Shown: positions 8,599-18,974, counted from the first letter of the stretch. The stretch: DNA of 64,000 nucleotides from an uncultured Planctomycetaceae bacterium (GCA_963976765.1 CAXBME010000012.1:1-64000), one strand, 5' to 3'. Notes: generated by a model not told the origin, from the letters alone. A program made the numbers and translations.

Positions 8599-9489
8599 AT
8601 GGCACGACGAGGCGAACAGTTTGCAGGACTTACCGTTGCTCTGGTGACTCCACTGAAAGATGGTCAGATTGACGAAGACGCTCTGCGAAAACTGGTCGAC
8701 TTCCAGGTCGAATCGGGAACGGAGTCAGTCAGCCCTGTCGGGACAACTGGTGAAAGCCCGACTCTGACTCACGAAGAACACGAACGGGTCATCAGCATCG
8801 TCTGCGAGCAAGCTGCTGGCCGGATCAACGTCATGGCCGGAACGGGTTCCAATAGCACTGCCGAAGCAATTCGTCTGACAAAGTTCGCCAAGGGAGCAGG
8901 TGCCGATGCCGCATTGCTCGTCGCACCGTACTACAACAAGCCAACTCAGGAAGGCTTCTTTCAGCACTACAAGGCTGTGTCTGAAGCTGTCGATATTCCA
9001 ATCGTCCTTTACAACATTCCGGGCCGAACGGCGAAGAATGTCGAAGCGGAAACGGTCGCTCGCATTGCTGAAGCCTGCCCGAACGTGGTGGCCGTCAAAG
9101 AGTCGACCGGCTCGATGGATCAGGCATCGCAGACACTGTCTCTTTCTGACCTGACAGTTCTCTCGGGTGACGACAGTCTGACGTTGCCGCTGCTTGCTCT
9201 GGGGGGAAGCGGCGTTGTTTCAGTGGTGGGCAACATTGTTCCCAAAGACGTGCGAGCGATGATCGCCGCCTGGAACGCGGGCGACATTGCCAAAGCCCAG
9301 GAGATTCACCACAAGTTGTTCCCGCTGTGCCGAGACTTGTTAGGTATCGCCACGAATCCGATTCCAATTAAAGAAGCCATGGCAGAACTTGGTCGTGATA
9401 CCGGTGAAGTTCGCCTCCCGATGACTCCGCTGGATGCTGGTCAGCGAGCAGCGCTGCGGGCAACTCTCAAGACGTACGGCCTGCTTTAG
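8599..9489 (+). CDS. dapA: 4-hydroxy-tetrahydrodipicolinate synthase
   Basis: [49 protein letters not shown]. Confidence 0.95.
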   Translation: MARRGEQFAGLTVALVTPLKDGQIDEDALRKLVDFQVESGTESVSPVGTTGESPTLTHEEHERVISIVCEQAAGRINVMAGTGSNSTAEAIRLTKFAKGAGADAALLVAPYYNKPTQEGFFQHYKAVSEAVDIPIVLYNIPGRTAKNVEAETVARIAEACPNVVAVKESTGSMDQASQTLSLSDLTVLSGDDSLTLPLLALGGSGVVSVVGNIVPKDVRAMIAAWNAGDIAKAQEIHHKLFPLCRDLLGIATNPIPIKEAMAELGRDTGEVRLPMTPLDAGQRAALRATLKTYGLL

Positions 9490-9504
9490 CAGTTTGCTGA
9501 AAAA

Positions 9505-9583
9505 GTGTGCCACTGGCTCTGCCGGGTGTTTTCCCGGAGCCGTTGAGACTGGATATTCAGCACAGGCAAAGCCAGTAGCACAC
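9505..9583. repeat. REP-like inverted pair (same family as 7181-7257)
   Basis: GTGTGCCACTGGCTCTGCCGGGTG ... GCACAGGCAAAGCCAGTAGCACAC just after the dapA stop. Confidence 0.75.
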
Positions 9584-9768
9584 GACGTCGGAGTCGCCAG
9601 CCGTAGAATCGTCAACCATTTTGAATCGGTTGTCAGGCGTTGTTGTCAGTTGGAGTTTCGTCTTTGACTGGCATGGCAGCGCAAAGCGGCGCGACGCTGT
9701 TCTGTCGTAAACGGCGACGTTATGTTTGGCCTGCTTACTTGATCGTTTGATTCCTGGGGAGTAACAGC

Positions 9769-11148
9769 GTGGGTTTATTCAGCAGAAAAAAGAATGACGA
9801 CGACGACGATTCCGAGGAAGAAATTGAGTACGTCCTTTTTCAGGGAGCGACCAACGGCCAGGAAGCGAATCTTGAAGAGAACGCCAGGCTGGCTGCTGCT
9901 GGATTACCTCTCGCCAAAGAAATTGTGACGGAAGCACTTGCTCTGAGAGCGGAATTGTTCAAGGTCGAACCGCAGGGAGAGAAGGCTCTCGTCACCTACT
10001 TCGTAGACGGGATGAAACGACCTGGACCTCGGTTGCCGATTCAGCGGGCGAGCGCTCTCGTTCAGATACTCAAGCTACTGAGCGGTTCGGATGTCAAAGT
10101 CCGCAATAAACCTCAGATCGGCGGCCTGAACGCCAAGTACCGTGACCTTCCGTTTGAACTGTCAGTCAAAACGCGACCAGCACCGCCAGCCAAGGGGCAG
10201 AAGGCGCCGGCTGAGCATCTGACGGTTGTGTTTCGAAATACGAAGACAAAGCGAGCCGTTCCTGAAGACATCGGCATGCCGGAAGAAATCAAGGAAAAGG
10301 TACGTCACTACGGGAAGTCAAATTCCGGAGTCATCCTCGTCGTCGGACCACCAGAATCAGGCCTGACGACGACGGCGCTGTGTACTCTGCGCTGCGTCGA
10401 CTCGTACATGTATCAGTGCTACATCGTTGGTGACCTGGGTACTCGCACGGTGCTCAACGTTCCGGTCTTCAAACAGGAAGAAGGCCACTCGCTCGAACAC
10501 ACCTTTATGCGAATCCAGCGAAACGAGGGGAACCTCGTTTATATGGCGGAACTGACGGATCCCGAAGTCGTTAAAGACGTGATGCAGGCATCAATGGAAA
10601 TGACGTTCATGTCTGAGATGTACGCTCGCGACGCCGCCGATGGGATCATCAAATTTGTGGAACTCGTCGGAAACCCGGCGCTTGCCGCTGAGCAGTTGCG
10701 GATGGTCGTCAGCCATAAGCTGATTCGAAAACTCTGCCCGAAATGCAAGGAAGCATTTCGACCGAATCCGAAGTTGCTTGCTCAGGTCGGATTGCCCGAA
10801 GACACCGAAACGCTCTATCGCAAAGCGCGACCGCCAGAACCAGACGAGAAGACTGGCGAATTGCCTGAGCCCTGCCGAGCCTGTGATGGAGCGGGTTTTC
10901 GCGCCCGCGCCGCCGTATTCGAAATGATCGACGTCACGGAAGGCATGAAGGCTGTCATCGCTGCCGGAGGGGACTCGGCCGCCATTCGCAAACAGGCCAA
11001 AGAAGAGAAGCAGCTCAATTGCCAGAAGGACGCGCTGCGACTGGTGCTTGACGGTACGACCGGACTGGACGAACTGCAGCGAGTGTTCGCCCCTCCCGGA
11101 GGCCCCCGCCGCAAGAAGAAACCCGCTCGGCGACGACCGCCAGCGTAA
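9769..11148 (+). CDS. GspE/PilB-like secretion ATPase homolog with degenerate nucleotide-binding motifs
   Basis: YFVDG, LKLLSG, LIRKLCPKCK...CRACDGAGFRARAAVFEMI, GTTGLDELQRV. Walker A reads GPPESGLTTT. Confidence 0.8.
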   Translation: MGLFSRKKNDDDDDSEEEIEYVLFQGATNGQEANLEENARLAAAGLPLAKEIVTEALALRAELFKVEPQGEKALVTYFVDGMKRPGPRLPIQRASALVQILKLLSGSDVKVRNKPQIGGLNAKYRDLPFELSVKTRPAPPAKGQKAPAEHLTVVFRNTKTKRAVPEDIGMPEEIKEKVRHYGKSNSGVILVVGPPESGLTTTALCTLRCVDSYMYQCYIVGDLGTRTVLNVPVFKQEEGHSLEHTFMRIQRNEGNLVYMAELTDPEVVKDVMQASMEMTFMSEMYARDAADGIIKFVELVGNPALAAEQLRMVVSHKLIRKLCPKCKEAFRPNPKLLAQVGLPEDTETLYRKARPPEPDEKTGELPEPCRACDGAGFRARAAVFEMIDVTEGMKAVIAAGGDSAAIRKQAKEEKQLNCQKDALRLVLDGTTGLDELQRVFAPPGGPRRKKKPARRRPPA

Positions 11149-11206
11149 AAAAGCATCCAGCATCGCCGAGAGATCAGGATCGTTTGAACGGCCCGTCGTA
11201 TTTTAT

Positions 11207-13750
11207 CTACGGCAGGCCGTTCAGCTTGCGCGTGACCCATTCAGTAGTCAGCAGCGCGAAGAACAGCAGCAGGAAGATCCAGTGATCCCACAGTGTGGTT
11301 TCTTCTCGCGATTGAGTCGACTTTTCGGGCCGTTGCAGCAGATCGACAATTCGGTGAACTTCGTCTGGCAGGACCAACTCGCCGCCTGATGCTTCCGCAA
11401 TCTGCGTCAATAGGTCCCGGTTCGCGCTCAGGTCGCTGAGTTCTCCGGTCAGCGGATCGCTGACATAGAGCGACGTGCTGACTTCACTGCCGAGGTTCGC
11501 ATTCTCAACGGCAACTTTCGCCGTCCACGTTCCCGAGGGAAGCCCGACGGCTCTCGCCTGAAAGAGCAGCGGGCTGCCGTCAACCGGCTTCAGGTCGATC
11601 TGGCTGAATGGTTTCTCGCCAGGTAGATCGGACTCTCTGTAGATCGCGATCGATGCTTTCAGCTCAGGGTTCAGATCGAGAAACCGCTTCTGCCATCGAA
11701 CTTCGAAGAGAGCGTCGTCACCGACAGTCAGGCTACTGCTCGTCAGGAGCAATCGGACGAAATCGTTGCCGGCAGATGCCTTGTTGTGTGTTGCCCAGCG
11801 TGCCAGCTGCGCCCAGAAACGATGGTGATACTTATCGCCGACTCGATGACGCCAACGCCATGTGCTGTCGATACCGATCCACAAGACCTGCCCGAATCCG
11901 TGGTACTGGTGGACGATCATCGCGCTGTCACGTTCTGATTCGAGTGAAAGTTCGTCAGCGCGATGTGCCGTCGCCAGGACAGTGGTTCCCGGTCGTGCTG
12001 TTCCGGTCAGCCCCCAGACATGTCCTGGCAACTGAGACCAGATTCGCCGATTCTCGAAGATGTCTGTGTCAAACTGAAACATCGCATGACAGTCGGCATC
12101 CGGGGTCAACTGCAACCGGAATCCCCGTTCAACCGGTGAAGCATCAGCCCCCGATTGAGCAAGATCGATCTCGCGCAGGTTCGTCATGGGGAGCAGTTGA
12201 CGAAGTTCCGGCGACGCGTGCCTTGCCGGAAACTGATTCTTCCCTGCAAGCAGCACCAGCGTGCCACCCTGTTCGCGGACAAATTCATCAATGACTTGCC
12301 ACGAGCTCGGAGTAACATTTGACGGCGAAACATCTCCAATAATGATCAAATCAAGTTCGGCCATCGTTGATTCGGCAACGTCGGCAGGCGTCGCCGGCAG
12401 TTGAAGCCGCTGTGGAAAGAACGTTGTCGGCAACAATCCAATGTGTGGCTGATCAAAGACGACCTGTCTCAGATCGACTCGCTCGTCGCGACTCAGTGCG
12501 TTATCAATGAACCGAAATTCCCAGCGAGCCTCGTCTTCAATCAACAGAACGTGTGACTGATCGTCGACAATTTCGACGGCGAACGATCGCTGGTTGTTGT
12601 CGTCTCGCGTTTCACCGTCCAGAACAGCCGTCCGAATAACGTACTCGTCGCGACCGATCGTGTCGGCATTCAGCGGAAAGTCGACATCGACAAACGGTGC
12701 CCCGGCGGTGTCGGGCGGAACCCGGACGACGCGGGCCTCTTCGGTTCCATCGGTGTGTTGCAGGACGATGGTCAACTCTTCGTTGCGGAATCCGTCAGCG
12801 GCCAGCCGAGCTTTGACGACCGGCGTGTCTTTTTGAAAGACGATCTGCGGATGTTCGAGCGAAATGATCGAAATGTCTTTCGGTCGAAGTACTGATCCGA
12901 TCATGACGGGAATCATCGGAGTATTCAGCGTTCCCAAACGTCTCGCCGCTTCCATTGGATCGTGACCGGCGTTGTGACGACCGTCCGTCAGCAGAACGAC
13001 GCCCATCACTTTGGAAGTGTCGTCCGCAACACCAACGTCGGTCGCAATGCTCAGGTCGGTTTGCTGCGGAATGAGCGAAGGAATTGGTCCGGCGAGTGAC
13101 TCTCCAAGCAGTGATTCGTCCACCGTTTCTGCTTTTGACGCGAATGCGCGAACCTCGACGGCACCGATTTCGTTGAGCTGTTCAAGTAGTGGTCGTGACG
13201 TTGAATTCAACAATCGCACAGCGATCTCGCGGCGGGGCAGGGCACCAACCGTTTCGATGACCTGCTCGACGTTGGCTTTGCGAAGGCGGGCCAGTTCCGC
13301 TCGACTGGCTGCTGTCGACGCTTCTGAATCCAGGATCCAGGTCGGTTCTTCGTCGCCTTCATATGCCGAGATCCAACGATCAAGGCGTTCGTCGGTGGCC
13401 TCGTTGCCGATCATGCCGAGGCTTCTCGCCCAGCGCAGCAGTGATGCCTTGTCAGCATGAGCATCCGCCGTGTCCATGCTCTGCGACACGTCGACAGCCA
13501 CGATGATCTTTCCCGAGCGGTCACGATCGAGAACCCAGGTGACGACTGGCTGCAGAAACGTCAGACAGAGCAGGGCAAGAACCGAAAGTCGAAGTGCCAG
13601 CAGCGAGTTTCCGACGCGGCTTGAAACCAGAGTTCGCTCATATTTCAGGAGAAGGCACACGCAAACGGCAGCGACGACACACACGGCAGCACAGAACCAG
13701 AACCAGCCAGACGTCGCCAGTCCCTGGAGAATGAGTTCCCTTCTGTGCAT
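11207..13750 (-). CDS. Membrane-anchored VWA-domain protein with glutamine amidotransferase-like domain
   Basis: Two N-terminal TM segments, MIDAS DVSQSM..TD..LLTDGRHN, RWEFRF, DSTWRWR, and a C-terminal TM ending EWVTRKLNGLP. Confidence 0.75.
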   Translation of the reverse strand: MHRRELILQGLATSGWFWFCAAVCVVAAVCVCLLLKYERTLVSSRVGNSLLALRLSVLALLCLTFLQPVVTWVLDRDRSGKIIVAVDVSQSMDTADAHADKASLLRWARSLGMIGNEATDERLDRWISAYEGDEEPTWILDSEASTAASRAELARLRKANVEQVIETVGALPRREIAVRLLNSTSRPLLEQLNEIGAVEVRAFASKAETVDESLLGESLAGPIPSLIPQQTDLSIATDVGVADDTSKVMGVVLLTDGRHNAGHDPMEAARRLGTLNTPMIPVMIGSVLRPKDISIISLEHPQIVFQKDTPVVKARLAADGFRNEELTIVLQHTDGTEEARVVRVPPDTAGAPFVDVDFPLNADTIGRDEYVIRTAVLDGETRDDNNQRSFAVEIVDDQSHVLLIEDEARWEFRFIDNALSRDERVDLRQVVFDQPHIGLLPTTFFPQRLQLPATPADVAESTMAELDLIIIGDVSPSNVTPSSWQVIDEFVREQGGTLVLLAGKNQFPARHASPELRQLLPMTNLREIDLAQSGADASPVERGFRLQLTPDADCHAMFQFDTDIFENRRIWSQLPGHVWGLTGTARPGTTVLATAHRADELSLESERDSAMIVHQYHGFGQVLWIGIDSTWRWRHRVGDKYHHRFWAQLARWATHNKASAGNDFVRLLLTSSSLTVGDDALFEVRWQKRFLDLNPELKASIAIYRESDLPGEKPFSQIDLKPVDGSPLLFQARAVGLPSGTWTAKVAVENANLGSEVSTSLYVSDPLTGELSDLSANRDLLTQIAEASGGELVLPDEVHRIVDLLQRPEKSTQSREETTLWDHWIFLLLFFALLTTEWVTRKLNGLP

Positions 13751-14005
13751 GATCGTGTAGTTCGACTTGTGTGACGGCTGACGCTTTGACAGAGACCTCG
13801 ACGCAGTGAACCGCTCGGCATAACGCAATCGGTCATTCCCGATCAGAAAGCCAGGGTGTGACGGCTCCTTGATTCGCTGAACACGGTTGACGATAACCCG
13901 TTCGGTTGGTGAATCGTAGTTTGGTTACGTTTTACTGAAATCGTTGGCCGTTTCGCGACTGGTCAACAATCTGCCACTGTCCGCTCAGGACGTTCGGAGT
14001 TCACG

Positions 14006-15217
14006 TTGGCTGCTAAGAGTAAAAAGAAATCCCGCCGTTCCAGATCAGCTGATTCCCCCGGGGCGGCAGAAGGTTCGTCTCCCTGGAAGAAGCCGCTTCG
14101 CCCCATCGAGCAGTCGCTGCTTGAAGTGGCGGACGAGATTTGCGGCGAGCGAATTGTCGTTGTGTCGAACGCCGGCGCGCAGGCTGCTGCTGCGATCGCT
14201 CAGAAAAATCTCGATTCGAAAGTTGTCTGCAACTTTCTCGACGCGTTTCTGGCTGATTCGGCTCGCACGAGAAACGAGGAAGTTGAGAACCTGGAAATCA
14301 CCTGCCTGCCGGATTTGCCGGAAGGAGAGTGCCAGGCGGCGGCAATTCCATTTCCGTCCAAGGGGGAAAGTGATCTCGCCCGCGAGTATCTGCAACAGGT
14401 TCTGCAGATGCTCACTCCGGACGGCAAGTTGTTCGCGTCCTCTGACAATGTGAAGGACCGCTGGCTGCACGAGCAACTACGAGCGTCTTTTCAGAAAGTC
14501 ACGAACCGGGAAACGCCCAAAGGACGCCTTTACATTGCCAGCAAGCCGAAGCCTCTTAAGAAGGTGAAGGATTTTGGATGCTGGTTCGCGTTTCGCGACG
14601 GCGAACGTCTGATTCACGCCTGCAGCCGCCCGGCGGTTTTCAGCCATCGTCGGATGGACAATGGAGCCAGAGCACTCATCGATTCTCTGACGATTACAGA
14701 CGGGCCGAGGGCAGGGGATGCCGTCAAGAATAATTTCCGGGTTCTGGACATCGGCTGCGGCAACGGCAGTGTTGGATTTGCTGCGGCTCTTCGCGCAGAA
14801 AACGTCCAGGTCTGCGCGATGGACGCGAATGCTCGCGCCGTTCAGTGCGCTGCCCTTGGTGCCGAAAAGAACGGCATTAAAGGATTTACGACGCAGCTCG
14901 AAGCTGCCGGGCAGTGTGCCGAACCGGGGACGTTTGACCTGGCCCTGGCCAATCCACCCTACTTTTCCAACTTTAAGATTGCTGAAATTTTCGTTCAGGC
15001 TGCTGTTATCGGTCTAAAACCAGGTGGACGTTTACATTTTGTCACAAAGCAGCCCGAATGGTTCGCCGATCGGTTCGTCGAAGTCTTCGATGAAGTCAGT
15101 GTGTTGGAGACTCGTGGCTATTTTGTTGTCAAAGCGACCCAGATGGCTCCGCTACCAGAGTCAATTTGGAATATGAAATCGTCAGAAAGTGCAAGTTCGG
15201 ATGTTCTCGATGAGTGA
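14006..15217 (+). CDS. Class I SAM methyltransferase, RsmC/RlmG-like (MTS domain)
   Basis: RPAVFSHRRMDNGARAL, VLDIGCGNG, LANPPY, LKPGGRL. Confidence 0.8.
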   Translation: MAAKSKKKSRRSRSADSPGAAEGSSPWKKPLRPIEQSLLEVADEICGERIVVVSNAGAQAAAAIAQKNLDSKVVCNFLDAFLADSARTRNEEVENLEITCLPDLPEGECQAAAIPFPSKGESDLAREYLQQVLQMLTPDGKLFASSDNVKDRWLHEQLRASFQKVTNRETPKGRLYIASKPKPLKKVKDFGCWFAFRDGERLIHACSRPAVFSHRRMDNGARALIDSLTITDGPRAGDAVKNNFRVLDIGCGNGSVGFAAALRAENVQVCAMDANARAVQCAALGAEKNGIKGFTTQLEAAGQCAEPGTFDLALANPPYFSNFKIAEIFVQAAVIGLKPGGRLHFVTKQPEWFADRFVEVFDEVSVLETRGYFVVKATQMAPLPESIWNMKSSESASSDVLDE

Positions 15218-15362
15218 TAAAGGCGAGGCATCCTGAACGTGAAGTTCGTCTTGCTGGATGGATCCTCGACGGGTTCAATTCGTTGCTTCGCGATCTGAGA
15301 CGTAACTGACTGAAATCGCAATACGTCTTTTTCAGTTCCCAGCGAGCAACGGAGATTCTGGT

Positions 15363-16058
15363 ATGAACTTTCTTCTGGTTCTGGCACTGGTCGGAGCAAG
15401 TCCGGCGAATTCGACAGTCGACGATGTTCAGGTCACGTCGATCGTGGAAGCGGCTTCCGAGTTGCGTCCAGTTCTCAAGACGGGAACGCTGCTGGTTTCT
15501 GAAGGCGATTGCCTGGCCGTTCGCGTTTACACGCAGAGTCCGTTCACACATGTGGCTGCCGTCGTTCAGCGAAATGGCCGTCCATTTGTTTACGATTCAG
15601 CCAACGGAGTCGGCGTGCGATGCCAGACTCTGGAGAACTATCTGCGAACTCAAAGCCCTGACGAGTTGCACGTGTTTCAGCCCGCTCGACCGCTGAATTC
15701 GAGCCAGCAGAAGCGGCTGACAGGATGGCTCGACGGACAACTCGGGCGACCGTACGCGGTTGCTCATCACCTTTCAGGTGATCGTGGAGACGGTGTCCAC
15801 TGTGCCGAGTACGTTTCCGAAGCGCTGGACAACTGCGGGCTGATCAAAGTGAAAAATCCAGCCAGAGTTTCTCCGGCCAGCCTTGTCCAGGGCATCACGA
15901 TTCACAACGTGTACTCTCAGACTGAGACCGTTCACGTCATTGCTCCGACGCCCGAACCAACGCCGCCTTCCACCTGGTACGGGCAGGCATGGCAATGCAC
16001 AAAAACCTGCACCGCGACGTGCATGTCCCGATTTCGACGGTGCGTGCTTTGCCAGTAG
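15363..16058 (+). CDS. Permuted papain-like (YiiX/YebB NlpC/P60) amidase
   Basis: Signal peptide, SPFTHVAAV (His), GRPY, HCAEYV (Cys), SPASL. Confidence 0.75.
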   Translation: MNFLLVLALVGASPANSTVDDVQVTSIVEAASELRPVLKTGTLLVSEGDCLAVRVYTQSPFTHVAAVVQRNGRPFVYDSANGVGVRCQTLENYLRTQSPDELHVFQPARPLNSSQQKRLTGWLDGQLGRPYAVAHHLSGDRGDGVHCAEYVSEALDNCGLIKVKNPARVSPASLVQGITIHNVYSQTETVHVIAPTPEPTPPSTWYGQAWQCTKTCTATCMSRFRRCVLCQ

Positions 16059-16079
16059 GCTTTGTCTACGTCTTAGTGG

Positions 16080-17453
16080 TTACTTTTCAGAACCGCGTTG
16101 ATCTCGGATCAGTCGGACGATAACGGCATCGAGGTCGCGGAGGCCTTCGTCCGGGTTAATCGGGAAAACGCCGACGTGATAGTCGGCGATTTTGCCGTCA
16201 GGATCGACGACAACCCACAACGGCAGGCTGGCATCGAGTTGTCTGGGGTCACCCACTTTCTGAATCAGAGTTCCGCCGTCCAGGGCGATCGGGTAACCAA
16301 GGTTCATGAAGTCTCGAAGTTTGCGAACGGAGCGCTTCGCGGCGACCAGAGTTTCGGGGTTTGCGAAATCCTCGTTGACAGCCACTCCGACCGCGTTGAC
16401 GCCAAGCCGCCCGCGCCGATTGAGCAGGAAGTCGAGATAGCCAACCTGGCCGTACGGTTCTTCAAGCGGTTCGCCCTGGTATTCCCAGAAATGCAGGACA
16501 GTGATCTTGCCTTTCAGAGATGCGGAATCGAGCTGAGTTCCCGCCAGCGTCGGCAGGATGAAACCTGGCAGAGGCTGTCCCACAAACTTTTTCTTGAGGC
16601 TGTTGACGTCGCCAGCCCGCTGAGACTGAGCGCCGACGTCACGCGACATCGCGATGACCAGTTTGTTAATGGGCAGGCCTTCGGTTTGTTCGACCAGAGC
16701 TGGTAATGCTGCTGACGCTTTTTCGATCTGCGTGGTCGACAGTTCGGGCTTCGTGGTTCCTTCGTCGCGCTCCAGGCTCGCCTGAATTTTCTGCAATGAC
16801 GTCACCGCAGCTGTTGCTTTTGCAGCCTCGGCGGAGTCGAGCATTCTTGATCCGGAAAGCGAGACCCGCAGCGTAAACTCGTCACCTCGTCCCATAAAAA
16901 CCTGTCGCTCAGCAGCGACCAGAATTGGAGCATTCTGTTCGACGTAAAACTTCTGGCGGCGACCAAAGTTATCAACCGCTTCGATTTCCCAGCATTGTTT
17001 GCCGGAAACTTCTGCTTTTCCTTTGACCGCGTATTCAAGCCGTCCTGATGTCCAGCTCGCGTTTTCAGAGACCTGATCCGCAAACTCGAACAAGGGCAGG
17101 GGAGTCTCCACCGGATATTTGACGCCATCATGTGAGTGCAGGACGTGTGGTGGACGACCTCCGGTACGACGATTGTTCTGACCGATCGTGGCTGTCCCGA
17201 ATCTTTCTGGCCATGCCCAGCCGCCACCTCCGCGTTCAGAAACGAAATGAAAACATTCCTGTCCGCCGTTTGTCGAAGTCAGCAGTGTGTACAGTTCGAA
17301 TTCTTTCGCTGGAAGCGGCGTCTCGCCGCGTCGAATTTTCTGCGTGAGCGTTCCCGAATACTGGTACTCGCGTGTCTCGCCTGAAACGCTCGGTACCAGA
17401 ATCGCGAAAAGGATGACGGGCAACAGAGCTTGCTGAATGAAACTTCGAGGCAT
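16080..17453 (-). CDS. Secreted protein with C-terminal TlpA/thioredoxin-like domain lacking CxxC
   Basis: Signal peptide, VGQPLPGF..LKGKITVLHFW, LPLWVVVDPDGKI. Confidence 0.7.
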   Translation of the reverse strand: MPRSFIQQALLPVILFAILVPSVSGETREYQYSGTLTQKIRRGETPLPAKEFELYTLLTSTNGGQECFHFVSERGGGGWAWPERFGTATIGQNNRRTGGRPPHVLHSHDGVKYPVETPLPLFEFADQVSENASWTSGRLEYAVKGKAEVSGKQCWEIEAVDNFGRRQKFYVEQNAPILVAAERQVFMGRGDEFTLRVSLSGSRMLDSAEAAKATAAVTSLQKIQASLERDEGTTKPELSTTQIEKASAALPALVEQTEGLPINKLVIAMSRDVGAQSQRAGDVNSLKKKFVGQPLPGFILPTLAGTQLDSASLKGKITVLHFWEYQGEPLEEPYGQVGYLDFLLNRRGRLGVNAVGVAVNEDFANPETLVAAKRSVRKLRDFMNLGYPIALDGGTLIQKVGDPRQLDASLPLWVVVDPDGKIADYHVGVFPINPDEGLRDLDAVIVRLIRDQRGSEK

Positions 17454-17802
17454 GGGGAGTCATCCTTTGCCGGACGGCATCCTGGCGGGGGAAGGAAGGG
17501 TCGCGAGTTTCCCGTGCTGGTTAAAGCTGTGACCGGCGCGAGTCAACACGATTGGTAACAACACCTGAACTGCGAGATCATTGTGCCTGGCAGTTGCCGA
17601 CACAAGGAATGCCCGGTTCAGGAGCCTGTCAAAAAGTTTGAGCCTGACCGTGCCGGCGGCATCAGGAAGAGTTCGTGCGGGGCGAGAGTCGGCGTCACGG
17701 GAATGAATCCTTACCCAATCCTGCTGGATTTCGTCTGTTCGTCTGACGGGATTCGACCAGTTTGAAGGTTGCAGAGCATAAGGGCAGGGGGGCATTCGCC
17801 CG

Positions 17803-17831
17803 TTGACACCTGATACTGCCAGCCATACCTT
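17803..17831 (+). promoter_or_regulatory. Sigma70-type promoter
   Basis: TTGACA (17803-17808), 17 bp spacer, TACCTT (17826-17831), about 50 bp before the TTG start of the adaptor gene. Confidence 0.55.
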
Positions 17832-17879
17832 AGACTTTTCGGAAAGTATGGTCCGGGCGACCTTTACGGAGAATTCCTG

Positions 17880-18974
17880 TTGGTTCGATATTTCCTGATT
17901 TCAGTCTGCATTCTGTGCCTTGCTGGTGCGAATCTGGTGGTTGCGCAGCAGCCGTCAGGCACAAACCAGCCGGTCGTGATTCAGCGACGAATGATTCGCC
18001 TGACTCCGCCGGACGCGTACCAAAGCGCGATTTCGTTGTCGGCGTCTCGTGAGCTGACGGTGCGTGCTCCGTTTGACGCGAAAGCCCGGACAGTTGCAGC
18101 TCAAGTGGGAAAGAAAGTGCTTCCTCAGGCAGAGCTGGTCGCTCTGGAAAGTAAGCGGCTTGAGCTAAGTCACAAGCGTGCAACGGCAGCCTTGGAAGTG
18201 GCAGAAGCGATGCTTCGCGTTGCCAGAGGCAGTGGCAAACCGGAGCAGGTCCAACTTGGTGAAGCGCAGGTGGCGCTTGCTCAGGCTGAGCTTGCTCTCG
18301 CGACCTTTGACAAAACTCAGACGTCGTTAAGAGCACCTTATGAGGCAACCGTTTTGAAGGTTCACGTTCAGAACGGGCAGGAGATCAAAGCGGGGGATCC
18401 GCTTGTCACCATTGGCGATCTGACCAGTCTACAATGTCGAGTTCCGGTTGACCGAAAAGCGGTGACGGTCGGTCAGACCATCACATTGACTGTCGAAGAT
18501 GTCACAGTGGTGGGGCTTGTCGAGTCTGTGGAACCGGTCAGCGAAGATCAGCAAAGGTTGCGGGATCTGGCAGTCTCGGTGGCGATGGCGGTTGTATCAG
18601 TCAGTAATGCGGACGGCAAACTTGCTCGTGGCCAGGCTATCTATCCAGATATCGTTCCAGCTGATCCAGTGGCTCGCGTCCCGCTGGAATCCGTATCGAC
18701 GGCAACCAGCGGACAACGAGTGGTGAAAGTTCTGCGGGAATTTGTCGTCAGAAATGTGCCTGTAATTCTGCACGGGCAGATCGGGCAGGGCGATGTGTTC
18801 GTGAGTGGACCGTTTACGAAATCTGATGAGGTTATTGTTTCCGCATCGGTCGAACTGGCTGATTCGACTGCGGTGCAGCCAGCAGTTGTGCGGGCATCGC
18901 CATCCAATGCTGCAGGATCGGGTCAACCCGCAACGTCAACTCAGCCGAAAAAGACTGGTGCTGCCGGCTTCTAG
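17880..18974 (+). CDS. HlyD/RND membrane fusion (periplasmic adaptor) family protein
   Basis: Signal peptide, VRAPFDA, helical hairpin, LRAPYEATV..V..GQEIKAGDPL. GGAG RBS. Confidence 0.75.
   Translation: MVRYFLISVCILCLAGANLVVAQQPSGTNQPVVIQRRMIRLTPPDAYQSAISLSASRELTVRAPFDAKARTVAAQVGKKVLPQAELVALESKRLELSHKRATAALEVAEAMLRVARGSGKPEQVQLGEAQVALAQAELALATFDKTQTSLRAPYEATVLKVHVQNGQEIKAGDPLVTIGDLTSLQCRVPVDRKAVTVGQTITLTVEDVTVVGLVESVEPVSEDQQRLRDLAVSVAMAVVSVSNADGKLARGQAIYPDIVPADPVARVPLESVSTATSGQRVVKVLREFVVRNVPVILHGQIGQGDVFVSGPFTKSDEVIVSASVELADSTAVQPAVVRASPSNAAGSGQPATSTQPKKTGAAGF

Noticed and set aside
17560..17625. Nested stems (CCTGAAC/GTTCAGG, TTGTG/CACAA) suggesting an ncRNA
   Set aside because: Short stems are expected by chance at this GC content, with no second copy or known motif.
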